From a virus: a stretch of DNA of 64,000 nt. Positions within the stretch are counted from its first letter, which is position 1; each line of letters begins with the position of its first letter. The stretch is from the IMG/VR virus record IMGVR_UViG_3300031991_000112; one strand, 5' to 3'. A program made the position numbers and the translations under genes. The notes beneath the pieces are model-generated. The model was given only the letters and a program-made list of their open reading frames with translations, had not been told where the DNA came from and searched no databases. Of this stretch, positions 1-8,215 are shown piece by piece.

Positions 1-1
1 A

Positions 2-577
2 GGGGATTCGGACCTAAAATACGATGTATGCAAAAACCCAAAAGGCGAAAAACTTCCAACTGCTGAGCACGCATTCTTACCAAAAATGGTCAAAGATGCA
101 ATTCTTGCAAACCCTCGTATGATCGAACACATCGTCAACGAGCTTCACAAGGCAAAGCTTTTGGGACCAGTTGTCGCTGAACTCACGAGTTATCGTGAGA
201 CTTTCACTCATCTCACTGAAATCATGGCAAGCGAGGCTTATGGACCAACTGTCTGTGATCGTTTTGCTAGAAGTTTGCAAGAAAGCGTATCGCCCGGAAA
301 ATATGGAAGTGGTCGAGACGAATTTCTTCAAAAAGGTTTAGACGGCGAAGACGAGGAATCGCCTGATGAATTAGCCGACTTCGATGGCGAAGACGAAATT
401 CCAGACGATGAGATGATGGGAGACGAAGAAGGCGGCTCCCCGTTTGACGAGGAACCGCCTCTGGATGACGAGTTGGAACCGGGAATGGACGGTATGGGTC
501 CGCAAAAGCCAAAGGGTCTTCCAATGCCCAAGGCTCTTGAACACCTAAACTATTCTCTCGGCAAAAACTTCATTTAA
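2..577 (+). CDS. Hypothetical protein with acidic/Gly-Pro-Met-rich C-terminal tail, 5'-truncated by window edge
   Basis: Frame of ORF 86..577 is open back to position 2 (GDSDLKYDVCKNPKGEK...); D/E-rich low-complexity tail. Confidence 0.7.
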   Translation, partial: GDSDLKYDVCKNPKGEKLPTAEHAFLPKMVKDAILANPRMIEHIVNELHKAKLLGPVVAELTSYRETFTHLTEIMASEAYGPTVCDRFARSLQESVSPGKYGSGRDEFLQKGLDGEDEESPDELADFDGEDEIPDDEMMGDEEGGSPFDEEPPLDDELEPGMDGMGPQKPKGLPMPKALEHLNYSLGKNFI

Positions 578-1092
578 GGTCGCCAAACTTCGCCGTTGAA
601 GAGAAGTTCTGGTCCACCGAGAGTGCCATCAATAAGCTCGTATTCAACACCAGCTTCTTTCAGCATGACAAACGCCGTCTCAATGGATTCTTTCCAATGA
701 GGCGGCGTTTTGTTCATCATGGCTTTATGCCCGATGACCAAACGCACGCCAGAGCAGATGATTGATCGAGCACAATCAGCACAAGCGAACCACGGTACAA
801 ACATTGTACTGCCGTGGGTGCAATTGCCGCTCGCCGCTGCATCGAAGACCGCCCCACGCTCAGCATGTTCAACCATTGCGTACTTCAATGGACGCTCAAG
901 ACGCTCTGGCTTGTTCTCAACGCCCTCTGGGAAGGTGTTACAGGCAGCACCCAAAATGAGGTCAATATCTGGCTCTTTGCTCAGCATCCATGCTTCCGAT
1001 ACAATAATTGCACCGTTCTGCGTGGATGGATCAGGACTGGATTGAGCAATCTTATACGCTTCCAGCAACCAAAGTCTTTTTAGCTCTTCCAT
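574..1092 (-). CDS. dCMP deaminase (CMP/dCMP deaminase zinc-binding family)
   Basis: SPDPSTQNGA, HAE (VEHAERGAV) and CxxC (WFACADCARSII) motifs. Confidence 0.9.
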   Translation of the reverse strand: MEELKRLWLLEAYKIAQSSPDPSTQNGAIIVSEAWMLSKEPDIDLILGAACNTFPEGVENKPERLERPLKYAMVEHAERGAVFDAAASGNCTHGSTMFVPWFACADCARSIICSGVRLVIGHKAMMNKTPPHWKESIETAFVMLKEAGVEYELIDGTLGGPELLFNGEVWRP

Positions 1093-1735
1093 GATTCAAA
1101 ATCTCCATGAGTTCTGTGAGTGGTCTCATCTCTGAAAACCACATTTCCTTGTTTTTATGGGAACCACGAATTGCATCGACTCTGGGTTGATTCAGCACAT
1201 ACGCTTTATCCACCCAACCGACCATCACAACCCGTGCCCACCCATACTCACGCTCTTCTCTTTCAACAAAGCCTCCAACATAATAGTCTTTGTTGATCTC
1301 ATATCCTCGACCACTACAGCGGACGAGTGTTCTTCCATAATTTCGAGCAGCACATTTGATGTCGATCTTATATTGATCGATCAAATTATCGAACTCATCT
1401 CCGAATTCACGGTATTTCACATCCAATCGGTCGTGAAACAACTTGGCAAAAGCCATCTGCCCTAACAGTCCGGTTCGAACTGTTTTGTACTCATCTCCAC
1501 TTTCTCGAAGTAATCCTTGACCGTAATCCCCCGGCTTAGAATTTGCCCAATAGTTTTCACCCAAAGAACCTTTTACACAAACCGCATACTCTTCCTTTTC
1601 AACCATAACGGACATTGCTTCAATGTAGCGTCCGTCTTGTTTCAAAGTGGTGGTATCAGGGCATTCGAGGAATTCGGGGTAATAACTACCTTCATTAAAG
1701 ATTGCTTCAAGATCATAGTCGCTTAAATCGAACAT
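1052..1735 (-). CDS. Hypothetical protein, possible PD-(D/E)XK nuclease
   Basis: GQMAF...GDEFD...IDIKC pattern resembles restriction-endonuclease-like core; overlaps adjacent methyltransferase gene. Confidence 0.45.
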   Translation of the reverse strand: MFDLSDYDLEAIFNEGSYYPEFLECPDTTTLKQDGRYIEAMSVMVEKEEYAVCVKGSLGENYWANSKPGDYGQGLLRESGDEYKTVRTGLLGQMAFAKLFHDRLDVKYREFGDEFDNLIDQYKIDIKCAARNYGRTLVRCSGRGYEINKDYYVGGFVEREEREYGWARVVMVGWVDKAYVLNQPRVDAIRGSHKNKEMWFSEMRPLTELMEILNHGRAKKTLVAGSV

Positions 1736-2607
1736 AATCGTTCCTTATGACTTTCTGGGTATATGAGGAGTTCCACCTTTTTATTAGCGAAGTGTTCGCC
1801 TTCGTCGATGGATTGCTGAATGGTGTAGTTCACACCAATCTCCTCAATACACGCCCAATCATATATGTCACGAATTTCAGAACAGTCATCGTAAGATAAA
1901 ATCCAATGGTGTTCTGTTTGTTTAAGACTAGCGGCTAGTCTCTCGTGATCCTGTTCGGTGAAGGCATACTGATATAGCGATCCACCCTTAACGAAATAAG
2001 GTGGGTCTAAGTATAACAAAGCCATACCTTCATGGTCAATAAGAGATTGGAAGTCTTGACAAGTACAATTATTGCTTTGCAACTCAAAGTTGTTTAAGAA
2101 GTTGTGCAACTTGTCAATCTTCTTACACAAATTTTTGGGCGACCAACGGCAATCAATTAGATACTTGGAATCTTGAGTCTTGCCGCCCAAAGGTCCGCCA
2201 GACTTCGTTCCCAAACCAGAAAAGCTGATCTGGTGAATGGCAATCTTCTTGAAACCTACATCTACAATTTTTGCTTTTTGCTTTGGTAAAGCCTTCAGTT
2301 TCAACAGTTTGTCCTTGAACTCGTAATACGCCTCAACGCTCGGTGTAAAACTCAGGATTAGTTCTTTCAACTCTTCAGGATACGAAATCACTGAGTTCCA
2401 CAGAGCGGCGAGAGCCGGATCGAAGTCGTTGATCCAGATACGTTCCCACTGAGGATTCTGTTTCAAGAAAGCCGTGCAGATACCACCGCCGCCATAAAAT
2501 GGCTCACGGTACTGAAGCTCATAGTCATCGCCGTACACACTCAGGTGTTCGACAATACCTTTGCTCAGTTTGGACTTACCACCGGGATATCGAAACAAGA
2601 TGCTCAT
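1723..2607 (-). CDS. dam: DNA adenine methyltransferase (Dam/D12 class)
   Basis: FRYPGGKS, YREPFYGGG, INDFD and YLDPPY motifs; target sequence not inferable. Confidence 0.9.
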   Translation of the reverse strand: MSILFRYPGGKSKLSKGIVEHLSVYGDDYELQYREPFYGGGGICTAFLKQNPQWERIWINDFDPALAALWNSVISYPEELKELILSFTPSVEAYYEFKDKLLKLKALPKQKAKIVDVGFKKIAIHQISFSGLGTKSGGPLGGKTQDSKYLIDCRWSPKNLCKKIDKLHNFLNNFELQSNNCTCQDFQSLIDHEGMALLYLDPPYFVKGGSLYQYAFTEQDHERLAASLKQTEHHWILSYDDCSEIRDIYDWACIEEIGVNYTIQQSIDEGEHFANKKVELLIYPESHKERLCSI

Positions 2608-2608
2608 T

Positions 2609-3991
2609 TTAACAAGGACTCACATTGATTGGCTGTTGTGTTGAAAACCGAATTTTCATCTGCTTACCACCACGGGCAGGAGACAAGAAACGGGAGAACA
2701 ACAAATCGTGATGCACAGGCTCAACATCGTGAAGGTGTAAACAGTAAGCGACCAAAGAACCGCAAGCCGATCCACGACCGGGACCAACCGCTTCGCTACC
2801 GTCGCCCCAGCCCAAAACTTGCGGTGAGATAAACCGTGCCTGATCGGTCATTTCTTGCTGAATCAAGAAGTAAGAGGCGAAGCCTTTCTTACAGATCAGA
2901 CGGTATTCTTCTCGGATACGATCAAGGTACTTTTGAGTTTTTGGGAGCTTGCGTTCCTCGAACCCCGCCATCACTTTCTGCAATAGCAGTGTGTTGGCGT
3001 CCTCAAGTTGAGGCAACTTGATAGACCGGTCGAGTTCAACACCTTCACAGCGGCGACACAACTCAACAGTATTCGCCTTGGCTTGCTTGAAGAGTTCGTA
3101 ATCAATGATCTCTGAATACTCTTTCTCCCACATCTCGTTCAATTCAGGTTCGCTCTTCATCCAAAGATTGGTGTCCTGAAGTTCAAAGATGTCATCTTTA
3201 CCTTCGTCGATCAACTTTTGGATGTCCGCCAAAGTTTTGCCGTTTTGTTGAATCAACATCAAGTGCTGGTTCTTGCTGTGTTCTTTCCGACAATAGTGGC
3301 AGTCCTGAGTCAGTAGAAGTGGAAGACCGAACTTCCTATGGGCACGAATCAGAAAGGCGTCGTATGGTTTTTGTTCAACCCAATCCAACATCATGAGTTC
3401 GAGGTATAAGTGATCACGACCAAGCATATCGATATACTTCTGAATCATATCGAAACCTTCTTGATCGTCTTTATTACGCATGAAGGCTTGTGCGATCTCG
3501 CTGTTACCACAAGTTGAAGTGAAGATGATGCCTTCACAATGCTTCTTGAGCATCTCGTGGTTGATGCGGGGCTTGCGATAAAAGCCGTGAATCCACGCCC
3601 AAGACGTAAGACGCACGAGGTTTTGATAGCCGGTGAAGTTGTACGCCAATCCAAGCAAGTGAAATGACTTCTTGAAGATAGCTTGGTCTGCTTCGTTCAA
3701 ACTTTTGTAATAGTCGGCTGAGTCGCCACGAACATCGGCTTCAATCTGCAATGGGTTGATATACATTTCACAACCGAAGATCGGTTTTAGATTGTACTCG
3801 TCAGCTATTGCGATCTGGGACGGGATTGCTCCCATAACGCCGTGATCGGTAATTGCAAGGTACTTTTGATTTACCTCTGCCGAGTATTCGGCGTATTCAT
3901 GAACCTTTGCCAAACCGTCTAACAAGGAATAATCCGAGTGACGATGAGCGTGTTCAAATCCCATGACAGGGTGGTTTTCAATAAGTTTCAT
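2609..3991 (-). CDS. dnaE: DNA polymerase III alpha subunit, N-terminal part only (PHP domain plus start of palm)
   Basis: HAHRHSDYSLLDG, AITDHG, PIFGCEMY, HLLGLAYN, TQDCHY, GPGRGSACGSLVAYCL, LLFSRFLSPAR; ends at TAA before the PDID catalytic motif. Confidence 0.9.
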   Translation of the reverse strand: MKLIENHPVMGFEHAHRHSDYSLLDGLAKVHEYAEYSAEVNQKYLAITDHGVMGAIPSQIAIADEYNLKPIFGCEMYINPLQIEADVRGDSADYYKSLNEADQAIFKKSFHLLGLAYNFTGYQNLVRLTSWAWIHGFYRKPRINHEMLKKHCEGIIFTSTCGNSEIAQAFMRNKDDQEGFDMIQKYIDMLGRDHLYLELMMLDWVEQKPYDAFLIRAHRKFGLPLLLTQDCHYCRKEHSKNQHLMLIQQNGKTLADIQKLIDEGKDDIFELQDTNLWMKSEPELNEMWEKEYSEIIDYELFKQAKANTVELCRRCEGVELDRSIKLPQLEDANTLLLQKVMAGFEERKLPKTQKYLDRIREEYRLICKKGFASYFLIQQEMTDQARFISPQVLGWGDGSEAVGPGRGSACGSLVAYCLHLHDVEPVHHDLLFSRFLSPARGGKQMKIRFSTQQPINVSPC

Positions 3992-4749
3992 AAAGCACCT
4001 TCATCTTTCAGTTCTTGTTTCGTTTGAGCCAATCTTACAGGATCGATCTTACAAAATCCAGCCCTGCGTGACTGATGAATGTACATCAAAAACTTGGGAG
4101 ATTCGCCATTATTCTTCTGATACCAAACCTCATCGCCGGGGGCTTGGTGGAACACGCAACCCCTGTCTTTGATAGAATTGCTCTTCAGCATGGTTTGAAT
4201 GACTTTCTGGGTGAAGTAGGACTTAGGCTTAACCTTTCCTTCTGCTTCACAGTTTTCCCAAGCTTCATCGAGTTTAATGGAGTGTTCTTTAAGTGCCTTG
4301 GATGTGATGTAAGAAACCGTGTCGAATTCACCCAGATCATTCATTGTAGCGACAAAGTATAAGGTACTTACGCTATCCATAAGACCACGCCAATCACGTC
4401 CATCGGCGGTTTGTTCTGAAACTCCCTTTTGGGACCGAGAGAAAATTTCCTGATCCATTCCGTAACATGGTTGATAGCGAGCAACTATAAGGTCTTGGTA
4501 TTTTTTCTTCGATCTGACTTTGAACTGGATCGGGATTTCCTTGTTGGTCTTATACCCTTTGAGATTGTTGATTTTCACAAAGTAGTCAATTCCATTTTTG
4601 TCTTCTTCTTCGGTTGGTGCCCGTGTCAGTTCCCATACTCCATCTTTTTCCATTTGTGCCATCAGAGGCAGGGTAACCTGTCGAATTTGTTTTTCACGAT
4701 GAATCCAATGTAGGTCGTTGATTCCCGATAGCATAATAATCCTTTGCAT
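3988..4749 (-). CDS. Hypothetical protein, possible PD-(D/E)XK-type nuclease
   Basis: EEDKNGIDYFV...IQFKVR pattern; 4-nt overlap with dnaE-N start. Confidence 0.4.
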   Translation of the reverse strand: MQRIIMLSGINDLHWIHREKQIRQVTLPLMAQMEKDGVWELTRAPTEEEDKNGIDYFVKINNLKGYKTNKEIPIQFKVRSKKKYQDLIVARYQPCYGMDQEIFSRSQKGVSEQTADGRDWRGLMDSVSTLYFVATMNDLGEFDTVSYITSKALKEHSIKLDEAWENCEAEGKVKPKSYFTQKVIQTMLKSNSIKDRGCVFHQAPGDEVWYQKNNGESPKFLMYIHQSRRAGFCKIDPVRLAQTKQELKDEGAL

Positions 4750-4829
4750 ATCTGATTGTGTAAGATGGCTTTAGGTCCGCAAGTGTAATCCATCTTATAG
4801 AAAAACACAACCTAGCGGCTAAATAGGGT

Positions 4830-5252
4830 ATGAGCATTCCAGACTTTATCCAATGGGTAGAAAACAGCCTCGATCAACAGGCGGATTCACCGGCATCTGC
4901 CGAAGTGATTCGTACTGGATTGCAGCCGCAGGTAGACGTTGAGGACTCTATCAAAAGCAAAGAAGACCATGATCAAATCATGGCTCTTGACAGTCACATT
5001 CAACGTATGAAAGAAGTCGCTCGCCGCTCAAGGCTTCGAGGCGGACAGGGGAAGAAGATTCAGTCTTTGATTCAACAATTTGCTGATGTTTGGGATGAAA
5101 TCATCAACAGCAACCCCGATGAATCCGACGCTGATGGTCTTGGCAATGAGAATCCAAGTCAGGATCAACTCAACTACATGAAAGACAATCAGCCATTGCC
5201 GGAACCGCCACGGTCTGGGGACGCCATACCGGGCGGTAAACCAGCAATTTAA
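4830..5252 (+). CDS. Hypothetical protein, candidate virion internal protein
   Basis: TAAATA 4 nt upstream of ATG; N-terminus MSIPDFIQWVE; acidic. Confidence 0.65.
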   Translation: MSIPDFIQWVENSLDQQADSPASAEVIRTGLQPQVDVEDSIKSKEDHDQIMALDSHIQRMKEVARRSRLRGGQGKKIQSLIQQFADVWDEIINSNPDESDADGLGNENPSQDQLNYMKDNQPLPEPPRSGDAIPGGKPAI

Positions 5253-6887
5253 TTACAGCGATTCAAAATCTGCACGATGCATAAGTGCCACATCTTTGGC
5301 TGGGTCTTTACCGGTGCAGAGGTAGACGATTTCTTCGTCATCTTCATTAACGGTTGCCAAGGCAACATCATTCTTCCACAACCGATAGATTGAAGTCATG
5401 GTTTCACGAGCATATTTGTCATACAACTGACTGCCATTGCTCATGTGTTGCATCAGGAACCAACCCTTACCACGATGGTTCGGGTCAACCAATCGGATAT
5501 CCGGTAGACCACCGTTGACATATCGGTTCATCAATTTTTTCTTGATGTACTTAAAGTCTTTGTTGGTGATACGCCATTCCCATTCGTGTTTTGGATTCTT
5601 GGACGGGAACTTTTGACGTTCGTAATACTGCATCTTCTCGCAGAACTCCGGTGTGAAGTATTCGGCGATCAGAGTCAAGTCATTACAGTATTCACGAACT
5701 TGGAAGACCTTATCTCGACCAAGACCAAGGTTCTTATCCCAAGCCTTGCGTTCAACAAGGTTATCGCACTCATCGTATTCACGACCAAAGCGACCTTTGT
5801 TCCACCGCTCTTCAATATCCATGAGCAACTCAAAACCAAGTTTGTAAGGGTTTTGAGACCACTCACCGCCCAACACAAGCATCTTGTGCTTGGCGTACTG
5901 AATGATGCCCATATCGTGACGTTTTTGACCAGCGGCACACAAACCTTCGCCGCACATCAAGTGGAAGTCCACGTAAGACGCCCAACCTTCGTTGATCATC
6001 TTAGTCAACCGTTGCGGAGCGAAGTAAATCGATTCTTCGTACAGCATCGACACGATATCTTGTTGCCAAGGTCGTAGGGGTGCGTTGTCTTTCAGGTAAC
6101 CGAAGATATCCTTCTCTGGTCCAGAGAAGATTTCGAGTTCCTTGGCAACTTCCTTACGATTCAATCGTTCTTTCTGCTTACCGATGAATCCTTTGGTGTT
6201 CACCCAATCTTCCATGTACTCGTTTGTAGGCACACGGCGATCTGGGTGTTCGATCTCACGGCGGTCACGAAGTTCCATCTTGGGCATCGGTTTAGGATGC
6301 CATTCTTTCGACGCATCGATCAGGGTATCAACACGCAACACATGGTCGATGAACTCGGTAACTCGCTCCTTGCCCCAACGAGCCATGTACTTGCGAATTC
6401 GTTTGCCGTGATTGGCAAACTTATTCATCATGTCGGTGTTTGTACCACGGAAGAACACATTGTTCTTGAAAAAATCGTTATGCCCCAAGGCGTGAGCGAT
6501 AACGTCAATGTTATCCACAAGCGTGTTGGAGTCGAGACAGTAGATCACGCACGGATTGGTGTTTACCACCATTTCCGAGATGCGATGCATACCGTACTCG
6601 TAACCACGACTCATCTCTTCGTATTCCATACCGAAAGACCAGTGCGGATACCGCACAGGGAAACCACCATAAGAGGCAATTTCCGAAATATCGTCGTAGG
6701 TACAAAACTCGATGATAGTCGGGTAGTAGTCGAGTCCAAACTCTTTACACTTTTTGAAAATTGTATCGAGTTGTTCTTTGACTTCCGGGTGAATCTTCAC
6801 ACCCGGCGTTGAATTATCACCGATGAGGAACGGTGATCCACTCAACATACGACTTTTGTTTTGTGGTGCAGTCTTACTCTTGCTCAT
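5253..6887 (-). CDS. spoVR: SpoVR/YcgB family protein
   Basis: GGFPVRYPHWSFGMEY, EMVVNTNPC, AHALGHNDFFKNN, TKMINEGWASY, NPYKLG motifs. Confidence 0.92.
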   Translation of the reverse strand: MSKSKTAPQNKSRMLSGSPFLIGDNSTPGVKIHPEVKEQLDTIFKKCKEFGLDYYPTIIEFCTYDDISEIASYGGFPVRYPHWSFGMEYEEMSRGYEYGMHRISEMVVNTNPCVIYCLDSNTLVDNIDVIAHALGHNDFFKNNVFFRGTNTDMMNKFANHGKRIRKYMARWGKERVTEFIDHVLRVDTLIDASKEWHPKPMPKMELRDRREIEHPDRRVPTNEYMEDWVNTKGFIGKQKERLNRKEVAKELEIFSGPEKDIFGYLKDNAPLRPWQQDIVSMLYEESIYFAPQRLTKMINEGWASYVDFHLMCGEGLCAAGQKRHDMGIIQYAKHKMLVLGGEWSQNPYKLGFELLMDIEERWNKGRFGREYDECDNLVERKAWDKNLGLGRDKVFQVREYCNDLTLIAEYFTPEFCEKMQYYERQKFPSKNPKHEWEWRITNKDFKYIKKKLMNRYVNGGLPDIRLVDPNHRGKGWFLMQHMSNGSQLYDKYARETMTSIYRLWKNDVALATVNEDDEEIVYLCTGKDPAKDVALMHRADFESL

Positions 6888-8125
6888 GCCTTGTACTCCC
6901 TCTCTTTGCCGATGATGCTTTTAATGGCTTCAATGATTTGAAGGTCACGCTCTTCGTCGCCCAAAGGTTGCGAACCGTAATCAGATTTGCCACTATTGGC
7001 TTTTGGTGCGATTAAAGCGGTACGAACGTGTTCGTACCCAGCTTTGGTAGCCAAATGATCCTTTACACCAAGACTTTTGTCAAGGTATTCTTTTAGAGTT
7101 CCTTCACTGCCCCAACTTCCGTAAGGGCAAATTTCAGTAAACCCGATCATGTTGACAATTTCGGGACCAAGTTCTTTCTGCATAAGATCGATGATCTTAT
7201 TGTTGTCCCCACCGCCCCAATTATCACCATCAGAGAAGTAGAAAATGTAAATGTTATACTGATCTGGTGGGAATCGGTTCTCAAGGATGTCGGCGACCAA
7301 TTGGAAGCCAGACGAGCATCGAGTTCCGCCGCCGCCACGATAGCCATAGAACTTTTCTTTCGAAACTTCCTCGGCATCTGTGTCGTGGACGATGTAACAT
7401 CGTTCCATTCGGTCGTAGTATTGCTTAATCCAGATGTCAATCCACCAAGACATATCACTCACGACATCACAACGGAAATCATCCATCGATCCCGAACAGT
7501 CACGAATAAAGAAGATCACAGCATTGCTGGATGGAATCTTCTCTTCTTGGTACTGACGGTATCGTTTATCGGAATTGATTGGAGTGATCAACGGCATCGG
7601 CACAGTGGTGCCGGGCAGTAGATGCAACTTTTGCAATTCGCCAGTAGCCGCCAATCGTTTAGCGGCTTCCAGCATTGTTCGGCGTGTATGACGAAGTGAC
7701 TCTGGACCCATTCGAGAGATGTCGTTGTAACGAATCTTAATCTCTTCATAGGTCTGGTTTGGCTTCGGCTTCATTTCCGGCAGTTGCAACTCATCCTTGA
7801 GGAACTTGAGGAATTCGTCGAGATCGACGCCTACCGTAATTCCATCAACGTGTTGATCACCGGCTTTGTTACCCTTGCCGTCACCCGGTTCGTAGCCAAC
7901 AACATCGCCTTCTTCACCTTCGCCACGTCCAAGGGCTTTCTGCCCGTTGTCGCCATGAAGGAAACGAGGTTGTTCAATACCTGTGACATTGACTCGAATA
8001 CGACCACCATCAGGGCGTTGCTTAATGAATCCGCCTGATTTTGTTAATCGTTTGAGTTCTTTGCGAGTTCGTCCGCCGACGACATCTCTGAAATGTTTGT
8101 GATCTTCTTGAATTCTTCTAGGCAT
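6884..8125 (-). CDS. yeaH: YeaH/YhbH (DUF444) family vWA-like protein
   Basis: AVIFFIRDCSGSM (MIDAS-like), GGGTRCSSG, YFSDGDNW; start set at MPRRI (8125) with GAGGA RBS. Confidence 0.9.
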   Translation of the reverse strand: MPRRIQEDHKHFRDVVGGRTRKELKRLTKSGGFIKQRPDGGRIRVNVTGIEQPRFLHGDNGQKALGRGEGEEGDVVGYEPGDGKGNKAGDQHVDGITVGVDLDEFLKFLKDELQLPEMKPKPNQTYEEIKIRYNDISRMGPESLRHTRRTMLEAAKRLAATGELQKLHLLPGTTVPMPLITPINSDKRYRQYQEEKIPSSNAVIFFIRDCSGSMDDFRCDVVSDMSWWIDIWIKQYYDRMERCYIVHDTDAEEVSKEKFYGYRGGGGTRCSSGFQLVADILENRFPPDQYNIYIFYFSDGDNWGGGDNNKIIDLMQKELGPEIVNMIGFTEICPYGSWGSEGTLKEYLDKSLGVKDHLATKAGYEHVRTALIAPKANSGKSDYGSQPLGDEERDLQIIEAIKSIIGKEREYKA

Positions 8126-8215
8126 TTGAATGTCCTCGTATAAGAAAAAGGCTAACTCTCGTCCGCTGTTCCGCCATGACATCACCTTTCAGCGGACGAG
8201 AGTAGCCAGTGTCAA

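Noticed and set aside
2609-2700. Split intein at the end of dnaE-N
   Set aside because: No Cys/Ser-initiated intein block A follows the extein; the tail is only about 20 aa.
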